Assembly (NCBI GenBank): GCA_038087875.1
Contig: JAXLNO010001148.1
Span: 127,242 to 188,000 of the forward strand
Length of the DNA stretch: 60,759 nucleotides
Direction of reading: 5' to 3'
Source: Malacoraja senta
Taxonomy: Eukaryota
Below the pieces are notes generated by a model, which was not told the DNA's origin, made no database searches, and worked only from the letters and a program-made list of their open reading frames with translations. The translations under genes and the position numbers were made by a program. This document shows positions 48,883 through 60,458 of the stretch, in pieces; positions within the stretch are counted from its first letter, which is position 1; each line of letters opens with the position of its first letter.

Positions 48883-49842
48883 TAAAAATACCAAGGAAAG
48901 GTAGCGCAGCTACACATCACTGGATATCTTTAACCTGTTCAATGCCATCGCCAAGTACACTAGGGGTCATGGCCAATAGTGAAAAATAAACTTGGCAGTG
49001 AACAGCTTAATGGTCTCCATATTTTAGAGAAAGCCTTCAATGCCCATGATGGGTGAGCCTTATTATATCTATGTTTCTCTAAATATAGGAAGCACTTTTG
49101 TGGTAAAAGATGGGGCAGCTCGGGCCTCGAAAAGATCCAACCTTATGTGCAGCTTTACATTTGTTTATATGCAATAAGCAAAAAGAACACAATAGAAGAT
49201 AAAACATGATAATAATTATAAGCAAAGCCAAGAGATCGTGGCCTTACACGAGTTGCTGCCTTGCAGCACCAGAGACCCAGGTTTGAACCCGACTACGAGT
49301 GGTGACTGTACGGAGTTTGCATGTTCTCCCCGTAACCTGCGTGGCTTTTCTCTGAGATGTAGGTAAATTGGCTTGGTGTAAATGTAAATTGTCCCTAGTG
49401 TGGGCTGAAGGGCCTGTTTCAGCACTGTATCTCCAAAGCAGTGGTTCTTAACCTGGGGGTCGTTTGTGGTTTTTCTGGGGGGTCATGAATGGGTTGAAAA
49501 GAACATCAATTTGTTGAGCCTATTTTTAGGAACCTAACAAAGGTACATACCACACACAGTATTTTGTTCACGAATGCGCGTACGTATAAACAGGGCCTAT
49601 GAGAGGGGGGTGCAGGGGGTACATCGTACCCGGGAGCTGAAGGAGGGGGGACGGGAATTTCCTGAAATCTCAGAAAATGTTTGCATATATTTTGTGAAGA
49701 CTAGCATTCACTATTTGTGTGAGCCGACAGAGTTTTATATATCGTAATTCGTAGAAATTGTGATCCATAATATAGCAGGGAATTTTAACTGGCGAGTGTG
49801 TGGTCGGGGGAACCTGATTAAAAGAGGGGGAAGGGGAAGAAC

Positions 49843-50335
49843 CATCACTACTGATGGGTCTTCCCTGCAGGAGGGGGGGGGGGTGCAGCATTAGGACCCA
49901 ACAGAGTCATCACTACTGATGGATCTTCCCTGTAGGAGGAGGGGGGATGCAGCACTAGGACCCAACAGAGTCATCACTACTGATGGGTCTTCCCTGTAGG
50001 AGAAGGGAGAGCATGAGGACCCCACAGAGTCATCACTACTGATGGGTCTTCCCTGCAGGAGGGGGGGAGCACTAGAACCCAGCAGAGTCATCACTACTGA
50101 TGGATCTTCCCTGCAGGAGGGGGGGGGGGGGGGTGCAGCACTAGGACCCAACAGAATCATCACTACTGATGGATCTTCCCTGCAGGAGGAGGGAGAGCAT
50201 GAGGACCCCACAGAGTCATCACTACTGATGGATCTTCCCTGTAGGAGAAGGAGGGGAGAGCACTAGAACCCAGCAGAGTCATCACTACTGATATATCTTC
50301 CCTGTAGGAGGGGGGGAGCACTAGGAGCCAGCAAT
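49843..50335 (+). repeat. Minisatellite, 8 units of 58-69 bp
   Basis: Units begin CATCACTACTGATGG at 49843, 49908, 49972, 50031, 50089, 50158, 50217 and 50280, with variable G-runs. Confidence 0.95.
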
Positions 50336-50619
50336 CAGACCATGTGCTGTCTGCATGGTTTAGGTTGTGGGCCTGGTGCTATGCCGGGAACTCTGCTGAG
50401 GTGATGGCTCTGGCCCGCTGGTGGCCGGTGGAGAGGCGAGGGTCGGCAGAGTCGCTGGTGGAGGCCCGTGGGGAGCTGGAGTAGAGATATGGGCAGCAGC
50501 ATCATTGGCTTTCTGAAGACAGTGAAGGTCGGCGACAGTGGCTGCGGTGGCCTCGCCTGGGGAGGTGGTGAGAGTCAGGAGCCGCAGCTGTTTGAGTGGT
50601 CCGGGCCTGGGTTTGGGTC

Positions 50620-50730
50620 AGTGTGTGGATGGGTGGGTGTGAGTGAGTGGGTGAGGGTGTGTGTGTGTGGATGTGTGTGGGTGTATGTGAGTAGGTGAGT
50701 GAGTGTGTGTCTGAGTGTATGTGTGTGTTA
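50620..50730 (+). repeat. GT-rich compound microsatellite
   Basis: Imperfect (GT)n/(GAGT)n tract. Confidence 0.85.
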
Positions 50731-52128
50731 GTGGGAGGGTGAATTCTATAAATGAAGTTAAAACCATTAGATCTGTTGAACTTGTTAACAGACTATTGAC
50801 TTGGTAACCTGTTTCCAAATGTTTGTGTTAGCTTCAGAATACTATTAACAATTCCAGCAACAGTAGCTTCTGCAGAGGTCATTTAGCAAACTCAAGCTGA
50901 TTAAGAATTATTTAAGGTCGACATTGTCTCATGAATGTCTTGTGGATTTGGCCAGGCTAAGTATTCAAAGTCAGTTTTATTCATCACATACACCCGAAGG
51001 TGCAGTGAAGTGAATTTGCCAGCAGTGATACACGTAAAAAGAACACACAATACACAATAAAATTGAACACAAACATCCACTACAGCATTCTTCACTGTGG
51101 AAGGCAACAAGTTTCAGCCAGTCCTCCTCCTTTGTTCACCTGTGTTCGGGGCCATAACCCCTCCGTAGTCGCATCTAGGGACGGACCGATGTACAAGGCC
51201 CTCTCGTCGGGATGATCCAAACTCTGACGTTGGGACGGACAAACACACTCTGCGGCTTGGAGGTCCCGACTCGGCACTTTCCTAGTGGAGACCGCAGCTT
51301 CAGGATGTTATAGGCCGCAGGCCAGCGGTTCGAGCTCATCTCTGGTGATCCCCGGCAAGGGATCCCAGACTCCGGATGGTAAGTCCACGCCATGCCCGCG
51401 GCTAGAAGCTCCGCAGACCACAGCTCCACGGTGTCAACGTATTGAATCAATAGTATTGAATCATACATTGCCAGAACAATACATTTTCATGCTGTGATTT
51501 GACATTTTTCACACAAAAAAGGCCAGGAAAGCTCTTTATATAAAGTAAATTTATATAATAAAAGTAAATCTTTTACTTTTTACTAATAATTATGTCTTTT
51601 GATGATATGATCTGCATTGAAACATAAAAGGATGTTTCAATGTGAATTCTTTCTCCTTATCTGTATTGTAGCATAAACAAAGATGTTCAAAACAAAGGTA
51701 GATAAAATGCTAGAGAAACTCAACGGGTGAGGCCGCATGTATAGAGTGAAGGAAAACAAATGTGCTTTCTGATCCTTTTATGTTATTTATATTTATTTAT
51801 ATATATCATGGAGGGTGTATAGAGACATAAGGCCTCAAATGCAGAAAATCAACAGAGTGCCCCATTCCACCCATCTCTCAACTTCCATACCCCTTTTTGC
51901 CGTGCAGGCTACAGCTCATGGCATAAAACTGTAGCATAGTGGATAAAAACAGGATGACTAATGGAGAAGGGAAGGGGGCCCAAAATAAACTTTGTACCCA
52001 CTGATAAAATTCCTCTCAGGCCCTGCGTATACACACAAACAGTGTGTGTTGTGAACCATGTCTTCCAAGACGCGCACGTATAGTGAAACATTTCTCAAGT
52101 TGGGCTTCACAAGCATTGTTCAAAATCC

Positions 52129-53749
52129 GTGGTCAAGCCGCAATGTGTTCTCTGTGCCAAGGTTTTGAGTCACGAGAGCATGAAGCCCAGCAAACTGAAG
52201 ATCCATTTGGAGTCTTGTCACAGCAACCTGGCGGGGAAGAGCGTGGACTATTTCAAACGAAAAGAAGCCATAACTCAAGGGATCCCGCATCTATTCAACG
52301 GGTCATTGCGCTCATCAAAATGAAGCAGCGTTAGAGGCTTCATACCGGATTGCTTATCGAATCGCACAGACTAAGAAACCTCACAGCATCGGTGAAGAGC
52401 TTATCAAGCCATGCCTTCTCGAAGCAGCGAAGTTGGTGCTGGAATCTCGGATATGAGTAATGATATTCTGCTGCAAGTAGTGAGGGCTGTGAAGAGCAGT
52501 CCAGTGTATTCACTGCAACTGGGCGAGTCAACAGATGTTGCCTCATGTTCCCAACTGCTAGTCTACATTCGTTACCTCGATGGAGTAGCCATGACGGAGG
52601 TGTACATGTTCTCGGAGCCATTGGCTACTACCACTCGGGGAGAAGATGTGTTCAGAATGCTGGAAGCCTTCCTCATCAAACATGAGCTTGGCTGGGAACG
52701 CCTTGTCGGGATGTGTACAGATGGGGCACCTTCCATGGTCAGTTGCAGATCCGGTTTCCAAGACTTCGTGAATGATGTCGCTCCACATGTCTCCTTCCCC
52801 CACTGCATGATACATCGCCATGCTTTAGCGATGAAGACTCTCCCTCTTGGTCTTCGAGAAGTGCTTTCAGATGTGGTGAAGATTGTGAACCACATCCGAG
52901 AGAGTGCAACAAACTCAAGAATCTTCAAGCGATGTGTGAAGAAATGGGCGCCGATTTCACTATTCTGTTATTCCACACAGAGGTGCGCTGGCTTTTGCGT
53001 GGTAAAGTTCTCAATCATGTGATTCGACTTCGAGTGGAAATAGCGCTGTTCTTGGAGAGAAGGGGTACTGAGAAGGAGAATCAGCTTCATGAAAAGATGC
53101 GTTGAACTGTTCGTGATGAAGGTTGCTTACTTGGCTGACTTCTTCGCTGAGGTGAATTCCTTGAACCTGTCGCTTCAAGGAATCCTCCCAATGGCATTCA
53201 GGAGGAACCTTTACCAGAGAACAGTCCAGGACGGTGACATGGCTATCTTCCCTGAGATGACGACTCTCCTGGATGCTACGCCTGATGCTGAATGCCACTT
53301 CCACGAGGAGATCTCAACCCACCTTCTGGCAATTAGTGAAGCCATCGAACGTTACTTCCCCAGACTGGACGACCGCTCTCGTGATGAGTGGATGCTCTGA
53401 CCCTTTTCCGTTGAAGACGGTGGCATCAGCGATACTGACGTGACCGAAGGTTGAATTTTACTGAATTCGTGAAGATGCGCAACTCAAGAGTGACTTCATG
53501 GAACAAGAGCTCGCCACGTTTTGGCTGAAAGTGAAGGAATGTCCTGCTCTTTCGAAGAGGGCCCTGACCCTATTGGTCCATTCCCCCTCAACCTCTCACT
53601 GTGAGGGTGGATTCTCAACTATGGTAACTCTGAAAACGAAGGTACGCAATAGGCTTGTGATCGACACTGACATGAGGTGCTGCCTGTCGAGCATTTGTCC
53701 ACGTTTTGATTGCCTGATGACTGCGAAGCAATTTCAGCCATCCCATTGA
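52129..53749 (+). pseudogene. Buster-type hAT transposase pseudogene
   Basis: BED finger CVLC...HLESCH, LQLGESTDVA (catalytic D to G), CTDGAPSM, HCMIHRHAL, RWLLRG, CEGGFS..KTKVRNRL. Split over several frames. Confidence 0.88.
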
Positions 53750-54779
53750 CTGAGCAATGGCAGACATGTTTTAATAAATCGGGCTGTTTTTTTTCAAATT
53801 TTGTTTCAGAGGTCACGGTACTGATCAAGAATGCCTGATGGGGTCGTGTGGCCAAAAAGGTTAAGAACCACTGCTCTAAAGCTTAAAACTAAAGGGGCTA
53901 ATAAAGGCCACAAAGTGGCTTTAGTGAGTCGGATTACAGAAAATCCCACATCTTTTTCAAGGTTTCATGGTTAGTTTATTGTCACATATACCAATTAAGG
54001 TACATTGAAATGCAGACTACCATACACCATACTAAAAAAAAGCAACAAGACACACAATAACATAAAAGTTAACATAAACATCCACAACAGAGGAGACCGC
54101 ACGTTCCTTACTGTGATGGAAGGCAATAAAGTCTAATCTCCTTCCTCTTTATCTCCCGCAGTCGGGGCAGTCAAACAATCTGCAGTCGGTGGTCGAAACC
54201 CCCCGTTGAGGAATCGAAACTCCCACGTCGGAGCGGTCGAAACTCTTGCGGCTTGGAGATCCCGGATGTCGGTCTCGACCGTAGACCACAGGCTCCGCGA
54301 TGTTAAAGTCTTGCAGGCTCTCACAGTTGGAGCCCTAAAGTCGATCCCCGACAGGGATCGCGAGCTCCATGATGGTAAGTCCACAGGCTCCTGCGATGGA
54401 TCTCCCAGTCGATCTCTAGCAAAAGGCCGCCATTCATCAATGTTAGGCCGCATTGTGGACGGAGATACGATACAGAAAATATCGCATCTACGTCGAGGTA
54501 AGAGATTAGGAAAAGTTTCCCACAACTCCCCCAACCCCCCCCCCCCCTCCCCACCCCCAAAACAAGCTAAAGAACACTAAAGAATATACATTTAACACGT
54601 ACAAAACAGACACAAAGAAGGAAGGGACAGACGACTTTTGGCGAGGCAACCATTGCAGCAAAAGGTGGATTGCTTAAGGATATAGAAGGGAATATGTGCT
54701 TGGAGTTTGGCGAGGTTTGGTTTCACCAAGGAAGACATGTAGAATAGTAAGGACTATTAATAGTAAGTACATCATAAAA

Positions 54780-55565
54780 TCCTCCAACATTTTTGCCACC
54801 TCCAACGGGATCCCACTACTGATCACATCTTCCCATCTCCACCCGTTTCTGCTTTCCGCAGAGACCGTTCCCTCCGAAACTCCCTGGTCAACTCGTCCCT
54901 TCACACCCAAACCACCCGCTCCCCGGATACTTTCTCCTGCAACTGCAGGAGATGCAACACCTGTCCCTTTATGTCCCCCCCTCGACTCCGTCCAAGGACC
55001 TAAAGTCTTTCCAGGTGAGGCAGAAGTTCACTTGCACCTCTTCCAACCTCATCTACTGTATCCGCTGTTTCAGTTGTCAACTTCTCTACATCAGTGAGAC
55101 CAAGCGCAGGCTCGGCGATCGTTTTGTTGAACACTTCCCCTCAGTCCGTCTTACCCTACCCGATCTCCCGGTGGCTCAGCACTTCAACTCCCCCTCCCAT
55201 TCCCAATCTGACCTTTCTGTCCTGGGCCTCCTCCATTGTCAGAGTGAGGCCCAGCCCAAATTGGATGAACAGCACCTCATATTTCGCTTGGGTAGTCTAT
55301 ACTCCAGCGGTATGAACATTGACTTCTATTACTTTCGATAGCCCTTGATTTCTCTCTCCATCCCCTCCCCCTTCCCAATTCTGCCACCAGTCTTACTGTC
55401 TCCGCCCACATTCTATCTTTGTCCCTCCCCTGACATCAGTCTGAAGAAGGGTCTCGACCCAAAACGATGCCCATTCCTTCTCTCCAGGGAAGCTCCCTGA
55501 CCCGCTGAGTTACGCCAGCATTTTGTGTCTCTCTACGATTTTAACATCTGCAGCATCTGCAGTTC
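54780..55565 (+). mobile_element. PLE 3' fragment (GIY-YIG) with pLTR
   Basis: FTCTSSNLIYCIRCFSCQLLYISETKRRLGDRF...GMNIDFYYFR, with a pLTR carrying a G12A-mutated hammerhead-like core at 55441-55468. Confidence 0.88.
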
Positions 55566-55569
55566 TTTC

Positions 55570-56130
55570 TTACACATGGAGAATCAATGTGGAGAATGCT
55601 AACATGCAGGGACACTTTGAAGTTAAGCAAGAAGGAGATGTTGGATCACTTGAAGAGAAATGTGGATAAATCCCCAGGATAGAGGGGTGTAGTGGATGAT
55701 AATAATAATCGTTGAAAACATTAGTGCCGTGCTGGTTTCCGACGGGCACGGTGACGGACGCACCACACATCTCTGTCCTCCATGCAACTGGCAAGCTCCT
55801 CTTTTGTCTCTACACATGCGTCTTCCATCAACGTCTTCAGCATCATCTTGATTGGCCGTCCTGGGTCAAGTCTTCCATGGGTGGGTTCCCACAGCACAAC
55901 CTTGTTTGCTGGCATTTCTGGGTGGCGGAGCCAGTGACCTGCGAGCCTCATCCTTCTCAACGTGATCTTCTCGGTCAGAGGTGGATTCTCACCATAGAGC
56001 TGGGCGTTGGTGATGTGGTCCCTCCATCTGACATTTTGAACTTTTCCGAGCATTCGGGTGTAGGTACCATCGAGAGACTAGGACAGTGCTGGAGTGAGAG
56101 TCCATGCCTCACACCCGTACAATAATATGG
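55570..56130 (-). mobile_element. RTE-clade LINE 3' fragment
   Basis: VRWRDHITN...RRMRLAGHWLRH...LWEPTHG...GRP...EDRDVW C-terminal signature, with an (ATT)n-like tail near 55700. Confidence 0.75.
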
Positions 56131-56311
56131 TGTCTACAGTTGTACGGAAGGCCAAATATTCAAGCTGTAGTTCAGTGACAAGTAGAGTTCTGCAGGGATC
56201 TGTGCTGTGACCCTTGCTACTTGTGACATATATAAATAACTTGGACCCTGGTGTTCAGAAATTACCCAGTCATAACAATTAATCAAATAATGATTTTTAT
56301 TTTTATTTCAG

Positions 56312-56587
56312 ATTATCACTACGTTCAAGGACAGTTTGGTTGTGAGGTGAACGATCACAGTCCCACTGTAGGGATATTGAAGTTGGCTTTTGATGGAAGA
56401 TATGCATTTAGTTTTGATAAGGACAAACTAAAGTGGACGGTGCATGATCCAATAGCTGAGCCCTTCAAAGAGAAATGGGACAAGAATGAAAAAATGAACC
56501 GTTATTTCAAGAGCTTGTTAGAACATGACTGTGTGGATCTATGGCTTACATACTATGCAATTGGAAAGACATACCTGACCAGAAAAG
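56312..56587 (+). CDS. MHC class I-like heavy chain, exon 3 (alpha2 domain)
   Basis: Polypyrimidine tract ending tttcag|AT at 56311/56312, donor G|GTGAGT at 56588, 276 nt, phase 1 at both ends. Encodes (N)YHYVQGQFGCE...AFDG...W...KWD...C...YY..GK..L.RK, with H93, Q96, G100-C101, D119-G120, W133, K146-W147, C164 and Y171. Confidence 0.95.
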
Positions 56588-56899
56588 GTGAGTTCAGAAC
56601 AAAGGATGTTGTTTTGTGATGGTAGGCAATGAGTAATATTTCACTCTGAGGCAATGAGTAATATTATCTCTGACCCAATCATGACAGAGGGAAAGGTCAT
56701 TCGGCCCATTGATTCTATGCTAGTTTTCTATGCAATGTCGACAAACTGTTCCACAGCTCTCTCTCACAGCTTGCACTCAGCTCCCTCGGATTCTCCTTGC
56801 ATTCAGCTCCATGACGGATAATTTGCAATGTCCAACTAACTCACCGGCACGTCTTTGGTATACGGGACAAAACTGGAGCACATGGAGGAAGCCAACTGA

Positions 56900-58880
56900 G
56901 TCATAAGGTCATAAGTGATGGGTGCAGCATTAGAACATTCGGCCCATCAAGTCGACTTCGCCAGTAAATCATGGCTGATCTATCTCTCCCTCCTAACCCC
57001 ATTCTCCTGCCTTCTCCCCATAACCCCTGATGTGCATACTAATCAAGAATTCAAAATATCCATTGACGGACTCCACAGCCTTCTGTGGCAAATAATCCCA
57101 CAGAATCACCACCCTCTGACAAAATAAATTCCTCCTCATCTCTTTCCTAAAGGAATGTCCTTTAATATTGAGACTATGACCTCTCGTCGTAGACTCTCCC
57201 ACCATTGCAGACATCCTCTCCACATCCACATCTATCCAAGCCTTTCACTATTTGTTTTTTTTAAATATTGTTATTAGAAGCATGTGCATATCATAATACA
57301 AACATTTCTTATATATCAATCCTACTTTGCTAATAGGTGGGAGTCCAACTATCAAAATAATAGTGGTCCTCCTTTATCAATTGTATATTAAATCTGCTTC
57401 TATTTAGTTTTTTTTTATAGATCGAAAGTGAGAAATTAAAAAAAAAAAAAGGCATGATAAAGAAGAATGGAATAATTTACCAATAATACAACTTTGGAGA
57501 TGGGTCCGTAGGTTATAAAGCATAACTATTCATCTAATCCTGAGCTTGGATTTCAGTCAGATTCCCATGCTGAACCAATTTACCCTTTCAAAAAATCAAT
57601 AAATGGAGACCATATTCCATTAAATTATTCATGTTTGTCAATTAAGACAAGTCTAGTTCTTTCCAAATGTAAGGTCTCTGACATTTCCATAATCCACATT
57701 TTAATTGTGGGGGTTATAGGACCTTTCCAAAATTTTAATATTAATTTTTTCCCAATTATTATACTATAATCAAGAAAGTTTCTTTGGTTTATTGTAAGTC
57801 TTAGGCTTTGTTCTGATATCCCTAATATTATTAGTTTTGAGTCGGGATCCAATTGACTAATTCAGAAATTATTCTGAAAATGTCCGTCCAGAATTTTTTG
57901 ATTTTTATACAATTTACAAAGGTATGAGTTAAGTTAGCCTCTAAATGCTGGCATTTATCACAAATAGGAGAGATATGTGGGAAGATTCTATTTAATTTTG
58001 TTTTAGAGTAATGTAATCTATGTAATACTTTAAATTGTATTAAGGCATGTCTGGCATTTAACGAGCATTGATGTATATATTGTAGACTTTCGTCCCAAAT
58101 ATCTTTCGTTATGGGTTGGCCTAATTCATTTTCCCACGTGTGTCTATATAAATCCGTCGGCGGGACCTCACTATCTAAGAGGGTGTTATAAATATGAGAT
58201 ATTAATTTTTCTGTATTAGGATGTTTATTCAAACATTCATCAAGGATTTCTGGTTCCCTAGTTCTGTAATCTTGTGTATTTGATTTAATGTAATCTTTAA
58301 GTTGTAAATATCTGAAAAAGTTATTTGAATGTAGTCCGTAAATCTGTTGTGAATCCTGAAATGAAAGAAAAGTGCCTTTCCTATAAAGATGTCCCATCTT
58401 TTTAATTCCATTTTTTTTCCATTGTGTAAAGCCTTTATCCAACATGGAAGGTTTGAATAAAGGGTTGTTTATAATGGGGAGACAGAGTGATAAATTATCC
58501 AATTTTAAAGTCTTTTTTAATTGTTTCCAAATTCGTATACCACTATATATTATAGGATTTTCACTATATGTTTTTTAATGCAATTTTGTGGGAGCAAACA
58601 TAATCGAACCAATTTCAAAAGGCAAACAGTCTTTCACTATTTTGTATGATTCAATGAGGTCCCCCCTTATTCTTCTAAATCCAGCGAGTACAGGCCCACT
58701 GCCATCAAATGGTCATCATATGTTAACCCATTCATTCCTGGGATCATTCTTGTACACCTCCTCTGGACCCTCTCCAGAGCCAGCACATCCTTCCTCAGAT
58801 ATGGTGCCCAAAATTGCTCACAATGCTCCAAATGTGGCTTGACCGGCGCCTTATAGAACCTCAGCATTACATCCCTGTTT
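56900..58880 (-). mobile_element. CR1 3' fragment split by the L1
   Basis: Antisense CR1 tail (56900-57253) continues after the L1 (58631-58880): [26 protein letters not shown]. Confidence 0.75.
57254..58630 (-). mobile_element. Antisense L1 3' fragment with 12-bp TSD, inserted in CR1
   Basis: TSD CTTTCACTATTT at 57242-57253 and 58631-58642, T-run at 57255-57262. ORFs 57831-58502 and 57625-57852 are homologous to the ORF2 C-terminus (CDKCQHLEANLTHTFVNC). Confidence 0.9.
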
Positions 58881-59204
58881 GACAGGGAGAAAGTGTAATT
58901 GATGTCTTTCATATTAGTTAACCATGGATTTTCTTGACCACAGTTGAGAGCCCCTAATGGGATTGCATGTCTGTCACACATCTCAAAAGAGCACAGCGTT
59001 AAGCTTCGATGGGCAAAATTTATATGAGATGTGCAGGTCAAGTGTTTTTTTTCACAGAGAGAGCTTGATACCTAGAATGCGCTACCAGGAGTGGTGGTAG
59101 AGGAGGACATGATAATGGTGCTTAAGAAGGTTTTGGACAGGCTTGTGAATGTGCAGTGAATACAAGGATATGGATCACATGCAGGCAGTGGAAATTAGTT
59201 TTGG

Positions 59205-59500
59205 TTTAGTTTAGAGATAGAGTATGGAAACAGGAACTTTGGGCCACTGCGTCCACACTGACCAGCAATTGTCCATTCACTATTTCTGTCCTTCAAGCTA
59301 GGGACAATTTACAGAAGCCAATTAACCTACAAACCTGCACGTCTTTTGTATTTGGGAGGAAACCGAAGCCCCCAGAGAAAACCCACAGGGTGACAGAGAG
59401 AACGTACAAACTCCATCCAGACAGCACTCGAGTCAGGATCGAACCCGGGTCTCTAATGCTGTAAGACAGCCACTCTATCACTGTGCCTCTGTGTTGCCTT
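59205..59500 (-). mobile_element. tRNA-derived SINE
   Basis: Antisense family copy. Confidence 0.75.
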
Positions 59501-59516
59501 AGTTTAACTTGATATC

Positions 59517-60458
59517 CTGTTGCTCTTACTTCAACTGTTGCTCTTACTTCAACTGTGATGAAGTGTTTTGAGAGGCTGGTCCTGGCCCACATTAAATCCT
59601 CACTCCCATCCACCCTGGATCAGCATCAGTTTGCATACAGAGCTAACAGGTCAACAGAGGACGCCATCAACATAGCTCTACATTCTGCACTGACTCACCT
59701 GGAGCGCCCCAGCTCATATGTGAGGATGTTGTTTGTAGATTTTAGTTCTGCATTCAATACCATCATCCCCAGCAGAATGGTGGACAAACTGGGTGTAAAT
59801 GCCAACACATGCAGATGGATCAAGGACTTCTGAACAGATCGCCCACTGACTGTCAGGATGGGGTCCAATCACTCCCCAGTCCTGCCGCTCAGCACAGGAG
59901 CGCCACAAGGTTGTGTGCTGAGTCCCATTCTCTACACAATATACACCCATGACTACACACCTACACACAGCACAAACCGGATCATTAAGTTTGCAGATGA
60001 CACGACTGTGGTGGGGCTGATAAATAACAACGACGAGTCTGCCTACAGAGATGAAGTCCAAAAACTGACTGTCTGGTGCACTAACAATAACCTGGTACTC
60101 AACTCAACCAAAACAAAAGAACTGGTTATTGACTTCAGGAGGAGGAGAGGGGAACCTGCTCCTCTCTACATCAAAGGAGACATGGTGGAGAGAGTCACTG
60201 ACTTTAAGTTCCTGGGCACATACATATCCCAGGACCTTACATGGACAGTGAACACCATCACTCTCGTAAAGAAGTTTCAGCAGCGGCTATATTTCCTGAG
60301 GTCTCTGCGGAGAGCAAACGTCTCACAGCAGCTGCTGCTGTCCTTCTACCGGTGCGCCGTGGAAAGCATCCTCTCCTATGGCATCCTGGTGTGGTTTGCT
60401 AGCTGCACTGTGGCTGGAAGGAAGGCACTACAGAGAGTTATTAAAACAGCACAGAGCA
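59517..60458 (+). mobile_element. Rex1/Babar-type LINE RT fragment
   Basis: [48 protein letters not shown]. Stop at ~59833, ends abruptly at AQSI. Confidence 0.88.

Larger units (their letters stand above)
49439..53873 (+). mobile_element. hAT transposon (Buster/ZBED5-8-like), 4435 bp, defective
   Basis: TIR CAGTGGTTCTTAACCT / AGGTTAAGAACCACTG. 8-bp TSD CTCCAAAG / CTCTAAAG (central TA typical of Buster). Inserted into a SINE tail. Confidence 0.92.

Noticed and set aside
48397-48989. GC-rich ORFs of 88-161 aa
   Set aside because: They span the MITE and the nested pLTR palindrome, and the open frames reflect GC content.
49891-50266. Repetitive ORFs on both strands (SCREDPSVVMTLLG...)
   Set aside because: They are translations of the minisatellite, with no splice or start context.
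49843-50335. CRISPR-like look: constant ~25-bp block with variable intervening sequence
   Set aside because: The intervening parts are homologous to each other, the context is eukaryotic and no cas genes are present. It is a minisatellite.
59517-59552. 18-bp tandem duplication at the Rex fragment 5' junction
   Set aside because: It simply duplicates the RT PVALTS motif codons at a truncation point, a common integration or slippage artefact.
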